Shown here in pieces: positions 53,047-64,000 of a stretch of DNA of 64,000 bases (position 1 is the stretch's first letter; each line of letters starts with the position of its first letter). Origin of the DNA: Geosiphon pyriformis uo1 (Eukaryota; Fungi; Glomeromycota); the NCBI GenBank assembly GCA_016748015.1, contig JAAOMT010000227.1, forward strand, positions 121,239-185,238. The letters run 5' to 3'. Made by a program: the position numbers and the translations under genes. The notes under the pieces were generated by a model that did no database searches, had not been told where the DNA came from, and saw only the letters and a list, made by a program, of their open reading frames with translations.

Positions 53047-54845
53047 ATGCAATCTGAAATTGATTCACTAAAGCAATGAATTTCTGAGCTTGAAACCAAG
53101 AATGCCAAGCTTTTAAAACAGGTTATGGAAGAGAATGCCAAGTGAAAAGCTGAAAATGCTGAGCTTAAGGCCAGAATCAAAGAGCTAGAGAAAAATAAAA
53201 TAGATACTACTAACCTTAAGGCTGAGAACAATAAGCTTAATACCAGGGTTGTAAAATTAGAACAGTCATCAAACAATATTACACACGAATTAGAAAATTC
53301 TGTTCTCTACAAAGCATCGTCTATAAAGTTGTGAGTGAAACTCTTCCAAAAATCAGTCATGGAGTTTTGACATGTCATACACTAATTGTTTATTAGAGTT
53401 TTGCAGAGTTTCGCATTTTGGGGGTTTTGACAATTGACAGATTTTTAATAGGTTGCACATTAATTGTTTATTAGAGTTTCAACAGAGTTTCAACTAGTCA
53501 CTAAGAGGTTTTGCCCATAACTTTAATCATTCGATATTTCTTCCAATATATGTGCACCCCCATCCAAGTCTAAATTGTTAGAAGATATAGAGACTGATAA
53601 TTTTCTAGATGTGCAGAGTAAGAAAGAGGTTAGTGATATGATAAGAAAGAAAAGCAAGAAAAAGAAACTTCAAACTCAAGGGTTACATAATACCTCTTTA
53701 CCAATGTCAACTCTGTTGATATTATCTGAAATATTAATTTCTAATGATAATTCACCTGAAGTCTTTAAAGCTCTGGACTTAAAAACCAAGAATCAAAATC
53801 AAATTAAAAGCCAAAACAAATTACACAAGAAAAAAGGAACTAAGAATATTGCTCAAGTGATAGCTGATGGCATTTAGGATGCACTTGCACACAGCTTCAC
53901 TGATAATATCCATTCAGAATTGAATCATGTGACTGAAATTTCAGTGATGGGCCATTATCAAAATTTTGATACAATTTCATTATTTGATTTAGTTCAATTA
54001 TTTGATAAAGCAACTAATGCTGAATATTATGCTATGAAAGCTAACCAGAAAGAAACCTTATGCTGGATCAACTATGGAAATGAATTCATAATTCAGTATA
54101 ATAATCTTATAAAAAATAGTAATAGCAAAATTGATAAGAAAAAGGCAAAAAGTATAATTTGTAATAAAATATTACTATTATCTGTAAAAAAAAATCCAAG
54201 GAAATAGAATTACAGCTTTCAGAAATTTTACATAAAACTTTATTTAGAAAACCCAAAAAGCTGTAAAGACATATAAGTTATTTGAAAAAATATACAAAGA
54301 TAAAATTAAGTATCTTAAAACATATAGCACAAATTCTATTTCAGAGTTAACCAATGATCAAATTCAAAAGATTATCAATAATAATAATATTTTTGATTAT
54401 GATAAGTTCAATATAAAAGAAAAATCAAATCACATGACTGAAATTTCAACAACATTTTGTTACCAAAATCATAAAACTGAAATTTTGCCTGAGGTAAATA
54501 TATCTATCAAATCCAAATCTTTAACTCTTCTGTAAAAATAAAGAACTTATTAGAAGCCAAGATAAGTATACCATTTGTATTTCATTCCAAAAAGGCTTTA
54601 TTAGAAACTGAGATAAATGTATTATTAGTATTTTAATCTCAAACTGAAACAAAGACTTTATCTAAGAAACAAAATAATCTAATCTATGACTATGCTTACT
54701 TTCATAATAAGATATTGTTGTAATATTCAAATCTATATAAAACATTTATTGCTAAAAAATTTGATTACTATAGAATTAATGAGAGATCATTATGCCCAAT
54801 ATGTAAACTAGATTATAAAGATGAAAAAAGTATAAAAAAGTAATA
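53047..54845 (+). pseudogene. AMF-type expanded-family coiled-coil gene (MQSEIDSLKQ...), cargo
   Basis: MQSEIDSLKQ*ISELETKNAKLL...; EDIETDNFLD; ANQKETLCWINYG; TQKAVKTYKLFEK...STNSISELTNDQIQKII; C-terminal SLCPICKL. Confidence 0.65.
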
Positions 54846-55384
54846 CTAAAAAAAAGTAATATATAAATCTTTATGTATATAATGTATTAGAGTGTATAAT
54901 GTCCTAATTAAATCAAAATTAATTGGTAATCTGTCTATAAATCGGGACAAATAATCTACATTTAATAATAAATTTTGGATTAATAAAACATATCTCACTT
55001 TCTTTACTAATTAAACATTTTTATAAAAACATAAGTTTAATAAAAAAGTTAGATAATGAAGTGTGAATAAAGCAAAAAAAGGCTGAAAAAGCATTGAATA
55101 AAACCATAGAATAAAAAAAATAACAAATATTTGAAACTGTGTTAAAGCATAATACTGTAATAGACAAACTTCAAGACCAAATAAATTTATTAGAAAATAA
55201 TTTAGCTACTAAAAATCAGAAAATAAACTGAAAAAATTATTTAACAACCAAAAAATTACCATCTTTACCAAAGAAACAAAAAGAAAATAGATTATGCAAA
55301 CTCAAAAAATTAATAAGTAAAGTAAAAAAAAAGGCTAAAGAGAAATTCCAGACTTTTATTGTTTAAAAGAACAAGTAAACCAAT

Positions 55385-55981
55385 ATGAGATTAAAATATA
55401 GAATTCTGAAAATAGCCCAGAGAGATAAACAAGAGTGTAATTTCTGTTTTCTAGATTTTAATAACCCAATTCTCCTTAATTTTAATACTGCTCCTGCTAT
55501 TTATCAAATAGTGATTCATAATACTCCTGATGGTTATTTTAACATTGTCTTTATCTGTGGTAAATATAAAAAAAATTATGATAATAATACTCTTTCATGA
55601 TGTGAAAAATGTGGTAGGTTAAAAAGGAATAGAAACAGATGTTTTTGTAGTCATTTAAAAACTAAATCAACTAAACTACTTTTTAACAAAGAACTATTTT
55701 TACAAGTCTTTAGTTTTTGCCTAGAAAATAAAACTAAAAAACTAGAAAATGAGTTATCAATTACCAAAAAAGAATTAAAAGTTGAAAGAGAAAAAATAGC
55801 CAAGTTTTAGGAAAAATCAAAAAAGTAAAGTAAAAAGCAAAAACAAGAATTATTAAATAAGATAAAAAGTTTAGAAGAAAAAATTAATCATCTAAAAACA
55901 GAAAACAAAAAATTAAAAGATTAACAGAATGGTCAATTAACTGCTCAAATTAAAGTTAAAAAGACTAAAAGATGATCTTAA
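55385..55981 (+). pseudogene. Intronless Cys-rich + coiled-coil gene (MRE-like), running into the right TIR
   Basis: MRLKYRILK...CNFC...IYQI...LS-TGA-CEKCGRL...CFC...QLTAQIKVKKTKR-TGA-S-TAA; paralog of the left-end gene. Confidence 0.65.
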
Positions 55982-56462
55982 TTGAAAATAAAAAAGTAAT
56001 TAAGAAAATTTCTCTCTGTATAATTCCAAATATTAAAGAAAATGATATTTATTTTTTTTTTAAAGATTTTTGCTTTTTGTTAGGTAATAATACATTTTCA
56101 TGCTTCTTTTTTTTCTTAAAATTTATTATTTTTCTTTTTTTTTGATAAATTTCATAAGTAATCTTTTTTTTTTTTAGATAAGTTTCTAATGTTTAAGTAT
56201 TATTTATTTTGAAAATGTAAGGAGCAATTTTTTCACCTTGTTCTTTTTTTAGAATATTTTTGATAGTACTATAATTTTTGGGTTCCATAATAGATCTGAT
56301 GTAGATTAACTTTATATTAACTATTTTTATATAGAAGTAATTCTATATATTACTTAATATTAAACAAATGAGAAATTTTAATAATCACATTACAAATTTT
56401 GATCCCTAAAATTCTTGGTAATACTAATGTTCATTTTGTCTGATTTTGTTGTAACATGTTCC
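55772..56462 (-). repeat. Right terminal inverted repeat
   Basis: Reverse complement begins ggaacatgttacaacaaaatcagacaaaatgaacatt. Confidence 0.92.
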
Positions 56463-56466
56463 ATAT

Positions 56467-59320
56467 AAGTTTAGGTTGACAATAGTTTATTTATGATGTG
56501 GTGTTGTATGAAGTATAAGTAGAAATTATGGCTTGGGGTTGTTTTTCTTCTCTTTTTTTTCCAGATTAGAATTAGCAGTAATTTGTTATAGTTGTTGTTG
56601 GTCCAAGAAACTTGGTAAGCTTTCCAAGTAGGTTTTTCTTTTTTTTCTTTGAACTCTATTAGTAAAACTGACACAGTAGTAGTCTTGAAGTAACTGTAAG
56701 TTACAGGTATTTGTATGTGTTGTCCATTTTGACTTAGCTAGAGCTCTTGCATAGTTCAGTCTAGTATTGTGTTGGTTTTGACTAGCCAGTCATTGCCAAT
56801 TAGGGCTTGGTACTGAATAGCTTCTATTATTAAAACTTTAATTGGGGTAATAATACCATTGACTTCAAAGAAAAAGTTATCAATTTCACCAATAAAAGTC
56901 TTGGTAGCTCTATTAGCAGTGATAATTCTGGCACTAACAGTGCAATCAACTCGGCAACTTAATTGGTCCATGAGTTGTCAAATAATAATACTGCTTGTTA
57001 AATCACTGTTAAGAATCAGTTTAATAGACTGATTATCAACTTTGGCATTAGTATATATTGTAGTGATGGGTTTTGTATCAAGAGTGGCTCCACTAAATAA
57101 TAATGTCAAGAAAAATTTTTCTAATTTAAAAGAAAAGATAACTGCAAGTAATTCATCCTTAGTACTAATTGCTAGTGAGATATTGTTGGTAAATATTGTT
57201 GGATTGGCATTCTGGTTGTTGGTTTGAGAGTTTTCTGGAGTCATAAGAAGACTTAAATAGTTTTGGAAATTCAAGTTTTAAATGTACCCAGTTCCCAAAC
57301 TCTGCTGTTGTAATCTTGATTGTTGGTTGGAAAAACTGGAGATTGGTTGATGCATGACCATTATCAATCTCCAATTTTGTTGGGTTTGGGTAATTTTTGG
57401 TCTTTGGTTTCTGAGTGCTATTTGAACTGAGTTTGGTGGTGTTTGAATTGATGAAGTTTGATAAATTATTTGTGGCTGCTGTAGTTGATAAATTACAGGT
57501 GTTGAAGTTTGATAAATTGGTGCTTAATAAATTGGCTGCATTATTTAAAAGTAATGAGACTAATATTGGTATTGTTCAATTGATAAATTGTTAGCATAGT
57601 TTGGAGTTTGAAATCTGCAATCAGGATTTTGATATTAATTTTCTGATCATAGGTTATTATTATAAACTTGGCAGCTAGTTCTGATGTGATTTTGTTTACT
57701 GCAATTGTAACAGACATGCATTTTTTGTTGTCATGACTAATTAGCTGATGATAATGGATGTGACTAATTTTGAGATTAACTGGAGTTTCCTAAATTGTTA
57801 CAATATTGTGAAGATTAATAAATTGTCTAATTGTTAACTAAGTATTCTTCTAATTTCTGATTGATTTAGTTGCTAAATTATTTTAATTTAGAATCCAATT
57901 CAAATAATCTGTTCATTACTAGGTTTACAGCTTGGGCATAATTGGCTTCTAGTTTAGCTGATTCAAAGTCTCAGGCATAGGTAACTATGGCTTGGAGTAT
58001 TACTGGATGTAATAGGCATACATATTGCAGAATGCTGCTGTGTAATTTGCAAATGAACTGATTTAAGATTTGTGGTTTTGTGAAGTAAGCTGTGTTAATG
58101 GCTTGAATTTGGTACAGATTTTAATGAAAACATTTAAAGTAAGTAGTGATTGCTTTTGTGTCTTCCTGTTTAATAGTGGTGAAGATATTGACTAGATAGT
58201 TGATACTGTTATTATTGCTAAAATATCTTAGAAACTCAAGTTTAAGCATGTTGAAATCTTGGGGTTTATTTGCCAAGCTTTGATATCATGAATCAGCAGT
58301 ATTCTGAAAAAAATATGGGATAGCTTGTAGTGTTTTGGTATTATTCTATCTATTAGCTGTGATGGTTTTTTCTATATCATTTAGCCACATTTGTGTATCA
58401 TCTTCTTTACCAGAAAATTTCTTAATTTTAGCAATTGGTACATAGGTTATTGGTGCTAAGATTTGTGGTTGTTGTTGAGATAATGCAGCAACTAGTGGTG
58501 GATTAACTATGATTACTGGAAGTAAGTTCTGTTGATTAATATTAATGAGGTTTGGATTGTTTTAATTTGGCTAAGTTTGAACAATCAGAGTTTCAATTTC
58601 TGGTTTTTCTAGGATCAGGTTTTGATAATTATTTATTCCTTGATCACTGTCTTCCTTTTCCTCAGATTTGGTTATTTTTCAAGAGCTGGTAGTTCTAAAA
58701 TCTGGCTGTAATAGTGGTAATTGGCATTCTGATGGCATAATTGGTCACAAATTAAATCCCTTAAAATAATTGCCATAGGTTTCTAATAGTTTGGTTTTTT
58801 CTTGTTTACTTTGAAACAGAATTCTAGCTAATAATGTTTTTATATTTGCTGTAAACATGTCTACTGATACTATGTTAATAGTATTTCCAAGTATGTGATA
58901 ATATGATAGATTGATTAGTAATTTAACTTTTGGTTTTTTCCAAATAAATAGTTGTATTAGTTTTGGGGTTTCTGTTGGTGTTTGTAATTTTCTTTTTCCT
59001 TTGTCTGCAAAAGTAATAAGAAATTTTTGCTTGGCATACTTTTTGATATTTCTGTTTATTTTTGTGATTAAGAGTGCAAATAAATAGTTTTGAAGAAGTG
59101 TGGTGCTTTAAAGTAGCTTACTAAAAAAATTGTTAAAAACAGATTCTGAATCTCTTTAACCTCTCAAGTAGTAGGCAATTCTTTTGTTAACATAATAATT
59201 GAAAGCTAATTCTGTTGGCCAATTTTTATTTGTTAATCCGAGATGAATATGGTAATGTTGGAATAAGAATTTTGCAAATTCCAAGTGGTTTGTCTCTATT
59301 TTTTGGTGCTAGTTCTCTGT
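56467..59320 (-). pseudogene. G1 gag and protease
   Basis: Colinear with G2 39945-42880; knuckle CYNCSKQNHIRTSC; protease IKLILNSD and QALIGNDWL. Confidence 0.88.
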
Positions 59321-59328
59321 AGAATTAT

Positions 59329-59346
59329 ATTTCACAGAGAGCACCA
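59329..59346 (-). other. G1 primer-binding site
   Basis: TGGTGCTCTCTGTGAAAT, 2 nt inside the 5' LTR. Confidence 0.75.
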
Positions 59347-59348
59347 AA

Positions 59349-60267
59349 TATTACAAATGATTATTTGGGATCTTAAAGCAAATAACAAACCCATAACTTG
59401 GTATTTAATAGCAAATATGGTTGGTAATATCTAAAGGTTTTAATGAATCTGAAGGTTTTGATTGAGTTCTTTGTATAATGGACAAAAATTCAATAATTGT
59501 TTTTAGTTGCCTTCTGGAATCACAATTCTATCAATTTTTTTTTAGCTTAATGACCAGTACTTTTTTAATAAGCAATCCATATTTTTTACTTATTCTACCT
59601 ACTTGCAAAGATTTTTTACTAGGCAATTCTTAACATTAATTTATTTAGCACTTAATTTTTAATTAATTAGTAAACAACAAGAAACAAAAAAAAAGATGAA
59701 AAATAAAAGGAAATAAAAAAATAAGTTAAGACAATAAAAGTTAATATTCTATTAATAGCCATGATCAAGAATTATTGTTCTAGTGTAATTAAGTAGTAGA
59801 TTTTATTAACATAAAGTGTTAATAAATAGAAGAGTGATTCAATTCTTAAACAAATAACAATAATATAGATTGAATAATAATAAGTGTATTTTATTTGATA
59901 TTTGAGGATTTCACTTCTATTGATAGTAATTATCTTTAAAATAATTTAATAAATAGGTAAAAATGAAGATTTTTATCCTGGAATAGATGTTTTTTTTGCT
60001 TCTAAGCTACTACTATATATATATAATTTTCTTTACATAAAAATTTTTTTTTTATTGCTAAATTTCTTATAAAATCTTTGATTTTCTGAAACATTCAGAA
60101 TTTCCTGAAAATCCTCAACTTTTTTGAAATATCTTGGGTTTCCTGAAACATTTTGGATTTTTTGAAAAATCTTTTTTTCTTTTTCTCTATTCTAATTGGC
60201 TAGTTTATAGTCATGTATTTTCTCTTTTTTGATTATGTATTATTTTTTCTTTTTTCTAAGTGTAACA
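59349..60267 (-). repeat. G1 5' LTR
   Basis: tattaca...tgtaaca, followed by TSD ctag. Confidence 0.9.
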
Positions 60268-61767
60268 CTAGGATAGTAACTTCACAAATACATGAACTAT
60301 TATTTTAATTAAAATGGCTTGTAAAATCTTTTCAAAAATCTTATCAGATCACATTTTTTTGGCTTGCAGTAAATCTAATATTCTTTAAGGTAACAACTTC
60401 TTGGTCTTAAAAAATATTTCAACCCAATCACTTGTTTTTGCTGTCAGTTCAATAGTAGAGAATGCTTTAAAAAAAGGCCACAAACTGTAATTAGTTTTAC
60501 AAAATATGCATAAAGCATATAAATTAGTGTAGTGGCATTATTTTAAAGCTAGTTTAAAATAGATTAAAATATATAATAGTTTTATTGAATTTTTTGGAAA
60601 CATTTACTTGAATAAAACAAACAAAGTAATAACTGATTTTGGTCTTTTAAACAGTTATAAAGTATTAAACAGACTTAATCAAAGTGAAATTTTTTTCTTA
60701 TTTTTCTGGAAAATTTTCTATAATTCTTTGTTATGTAAAGTTAAAAAACATGAGTATTTGTGTGATTACAGAATTGATTCAAGATATGTAGAAAAATTTA
60801 GCAGAATAAAAATCTAAGCTGATATGACTACTTATCTTGCTGCTGAAGCATTTATAAATGATACTATTTGAATAAACTATAATTAGACTACTATATAATA
60901 TATTTTAGACATAGCCAGTAAATTTTTTGCAATTAATAACATTTCTATAAACAATAAAAAAACTGTTACTATCCCTATTAATCAAAGAATTAGTAATGTT
61001 TCTTTAAGTATTAACAGTTTACTTATTGCAGTAATCAGAAAGAGCAAATTATATTATTATCTAAACATATTTTTGTCAATAAAAAAAATATTAAAGTCTA
61101 ATTTGATCAAAGCACAGTTGAATATACAATTCTTTTCAAACATAATATTGCAAAAAGCTATTTCTAATAAACAATTTTGTTATTTGGTTTTTTTGGTTTT
61201 ACAGTTTATCATTAATTACAGAATGCAATTTAGTTTCATTTTTAAGAATATTTGTACTAAATAAGACACAATGATTAGAAAGAGCCTAAAGCTTAAGTCA
61301 AATTTCTTACATGATTTTTTTATAGATGCTTTGTTGTATTTATTTTTTTATGGAGTAAAAACTTTTGGTCAAGTTTAAGCCAAAAACAAAATTTCTTCTA
61401 TTATAAGTTTTATGAACACTTTAAGTGTCTTGAAACGGCTTTTTATCTATTAGTATTTGAATTTGCAGATCTCAAATTGGTTACTGGTACATTCATTGTA
61501 TTATTTTATTAAGTTAAGAGTTAATTCTAAGAATAATTTTTTAGTCAATATTATGAAAAAATTTTATTTTGTGGTTTGTCTTTTTCTGTAACTATACTAA
61601 GTGCTTTTTGTTTTTCTAATAGAATGCCAATATCTGAGGTCTTTGGAAGCACAGATTTTTTTGAAGCAGTTTATTCTCTAAAGTGTTATAACATAGTGTT
61701 TGCAAAACAGTTGCTGAACAAGAAAAGTAGTTGCTTTGATTAAAAATGTTTTAAATGTTGGAAACAT

Positions 61768-62644
61768 TGTTATGGTTTAAAAATTTAGCAAAAGAATCAT
61801 AAAATAATATAAATTATTCAAGCATAATATAGCACAGTAATAATTTTAGAAAGGTAATAATTAATATAATAACAAGTACCATCTCACAATAGTAATAAGC
61901 ACCAGCTCACAATAGTGGTTAACACCAGTGACAAACACCAGATTGAATACCAAAAAGAAAGTATTATAATGTTTTTTCTCGTAAAACTACAAACATATAT
62001 ATATAGTAGCTTTAATATTGAAAAAAACAATGATATTATTCAACAAGTCATAAAACAAATCATAAAAACAAGTTATTAAACAATTCATTCAACAGTTCTA
62101 CTTTAATTATCTTTTAGCCTTTACTTTTAAAATAAATATTCACAAAAACCTTTAATCAAAAAAAAATAAAAAAAAATAGAAAACTAAATGATCACAACCC
62201 AAAGTATTAAAAAACTTACTTGTATTATTTATTGAATAAAACTATCATTCATCAGCTAAATCTCTTGGAAGAATAATCTTTGATCAAGATTATTTATATT
62301 GTTACTAATTGATAAAAGCTTTATTATGAAAATTAAGAAAAACACTAAAGGCCATTAACATTCTATGTTTTTAGATTAGAGAAACACATCAGACAATTGC
62401 AAAGATAGCCTCAAAAAAAACCCTAAACAGTGGGTAGATTTCAGTTTAGCCTCTGGAAAGAAGTACATAAATACACACAACAATTAGAAATTGAGAAATA
62501 ATTTACATTGTAACATTAAAAAAAAAGTTTTCAGTATAATAGTAATATTATTACACAAATAAAATTAAGGAATTCATGAAAGACTGATTGCAATTAAAAT
62601 AAAATATTGGCAATTAAATATACCAAGAAAACCATTCTATAATA
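61768..62644 (+). mobile_element. Solo LTR, family A, in LINE-3
   Basis: tgttat...ataata; TSD acat/atat; the LINE reads CWKH|LD across it. Confidence 0.88.
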
Positions 62645-63287
62645 ATATCTAGATTCAAAAAACTCTATTTCTGTTTGGTTTAGCATAACTACTTGGTTTT
62701 TAAGAAACAAACTAACCACAGTTAACTGTTTGTCTTATTTCTTTGATGTGGGCTTCTTAAACTTCTATACAGCAGACTTAATTAGCAATACTAGGGATAT
62801 TTTGTTAAGATCTAGTTTAGATTCTTTTAATATGTATATAAATAGTTCTATTAAAAATTTTGGTTCAACTTTGGTTAATAGTAAAGTGGCTGCATTTTAT
62901 TCTGATGTTGATTTTAAAATTGAAATTAAAGTCCATAGTATTATGTTGTCAACTTTGGCCAAGCTTAAAGCTATCTTTTTTGTACTTGTTTGTGTTTCTG
63001 TAAGCAGTGGCATAACTGTTTATACAGACAGTCAGACTGCTATTTATGTTTGTATTAATAAGTCTAGATTGTTTTCACCTGACTTTAGAAAGTGTCTATA
63101 AATAGAATGATATTAGATTGTTAATATTATTAAAAAAAAATACTTGTAATGTTTTGAATTAAAATTAAAAAACATGTTAATATTGTAGATAATATGCATA
63201 TTAATAAGCTAGTCTTTGTCATTTGCTCTTTTAAGACAATCTTTTCTATTGTAGTCTGTAAGTTTTTTCTGTGTTTTGATAAGATAG

Positions 63288-64000
63288 TGTTATTTATAGA
63301 ACATAAGAAGTATATTAACATGTAAATTAGCCAATCAGAAATAGCCATAGTAAATGTGGAATTCCAGAATTTTTTTCAAGAGGAATTGCAAGATTCCAGA
63401 AATTTCAGAATTCTTGTACAAGAAATCGCAAGATTCCTGAATTCTTGGATTTCTCTCAAAAAAAATTGCAGGATTCCAGGAATTCCAGAATTTTTGGTGT
63501 GAAGAATTAAAAAATTGAGGAATCTCAATTATGTATATATAACAGTAGTATTAGAAGTAGAAAAAACAGACCTCTCAGTTTAGATTTGATCTAAGCAACC
63601 TTCCATTCACAAATATTAATAAATAATTATTCTTTATTTCCAATCTATTCTCTACTATTAACACTTCATGTTGATAGTAATTAATACTTAACCACACTGA
63701 AACAATAATTTTTGATCATAGCTATTGACAGAATACTAACTTGCAATTGCTTTTGTTTAAATTCTTTATCTTCTTTTATTTTTTATTTCTTTTGTATTTC
63801 TTTTTGGTTGACTAATTGATTAAGGATTAAAGCACTGAGTTATAAACATCATAGGGACTGGTAAAAAATCTGTGAAACAAGGGTAAAACACTCATAGATT
63901 TGAGGATAGCTTACCAAGAGAATTACCGGCCACCATACTGAGAAAGAAATTTAATGGAATTGCATTTCCAGAAGGCTACTAAAACAACTATTGAATCTCT
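63288..64000 (+). mobile_element. LTR related to G1/G2 LTRs, opposite orientation, running off the window
   Basis: Starts tgttat inside LINE-3; reverse-complement matches to G2 LTR blocks (aacagacctctcagtttagattt, gatcatagctattgacag); TATA at 63534-63542. Confidence 0.85.

Larger units (their letters stand above)
32922..56462 (-). mobile_element. Giant Sola1-like DNA transposon with long TIRs and cargo (13.9 kb excluding G2)
   Basis: ~700-bp inverted repeats at both ends; ATAT at 32918-32921 and 56463-56466; the flanks rejoin to G1 sequence matching G2 39921-39950; internal Sola1-type transposase. Confidence 0.8.
26255..60267 (-). mobile_element. Ty3/Gypsy element G1 (~9.9 kb native), expanded to 34 kb by nested insertions
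   Basis: Paired LTRs 26255-27174 and 59349-60267; TSD ctgg/ctag; PBS and PPT present; order gag-PR-dUTPase-RT-RH-INT. Confidence 0.92.
21560..63287 (+). mobile_element. LINE-3, split into pieces 21560-25224, 26196-26254, 60272-61767 and 62649-63287 by nested LTR insertions
   Basis: The pieces rejoin across the TSDs into a LINE colinear with LINE-1: ...ISKLYNW|DSNFTNT...ILIKMACKIFSKIL. RT AFINDTI at ~60850; RNase H STLAKLKAI and VYTDSQTAI at 62950-63045. Confidence 0.9.

Noticed and set aside
32917-56470. Polinton/Maverick (6-bp TSD catatg/catata) or MULE (9-bp TSD) reading of the long-TIR element
   Set aside because: No pPolB, integrase, ATPase, capsid or MULE transposase lies inside. The 4-bp ATAT reading is a perfect duplication, gives symmetric G-starting termini and fits the Sola1-type transposase.
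2549-57227. Many short ORFs antisense to TE genes (e.g. 2549-2746, 6332-6664, 38959-39177, 53040-53276, 57042-57227)
   Set aside because: Shadow frames of LINE, Gypsy or cargo coding strands with no independent motifs.
1-64000. Window being bacterial (MRE) or organellar DNA
   Set aside because: LINEs, Gypsy elements, spliceosomal introns and CpG depletion indicate fungal nuclear DNA; only short segments look bacterial.

Overview
This is a very AT-rich, almost CpG-free eukaryotic (fungal) window made almost entirely of decayed, nested transposable elements; no intact cellular gene is visible. The repeat and protein families look like those of Glomeromycota (arbuscular mycorrhizal fungi, possibly Geosiphon-like; recognised by eye, not searched). 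Positions 1-21.5 kb hold two RNase H-bearing LINEs, solo/partial LTRs, an internally deleted MULE and two paralogous copies of a Crinkler-like gene (coiled-coil + REase + kinase). From 21.5 kb the window is one nest resolved by target-site duplications (TSDs): LINE-3 > dUTPase-carrying Gypsy G1 (26255-60267) > a 13.9-kb Sola1-like DNA transposon with ~700-bp inverted repeats and an ATAT TSD (32922-56462) > Gypsy G2 (34003-43661) and a MITE. The Sola-like element carries cargo: intronless operon-like genes at both ends that resemble Mycoplasma-related endobacterial (MRE) genes, plus AMF-type multigene-family pseudogenes. One cargo gene has a GC-AG intron containing three abutting, covarying three-way-junction RNA units with C(UAGAA)G loops (49772-49968). 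That RNA array and the giant cargo transposon are the best candidates for new biology.
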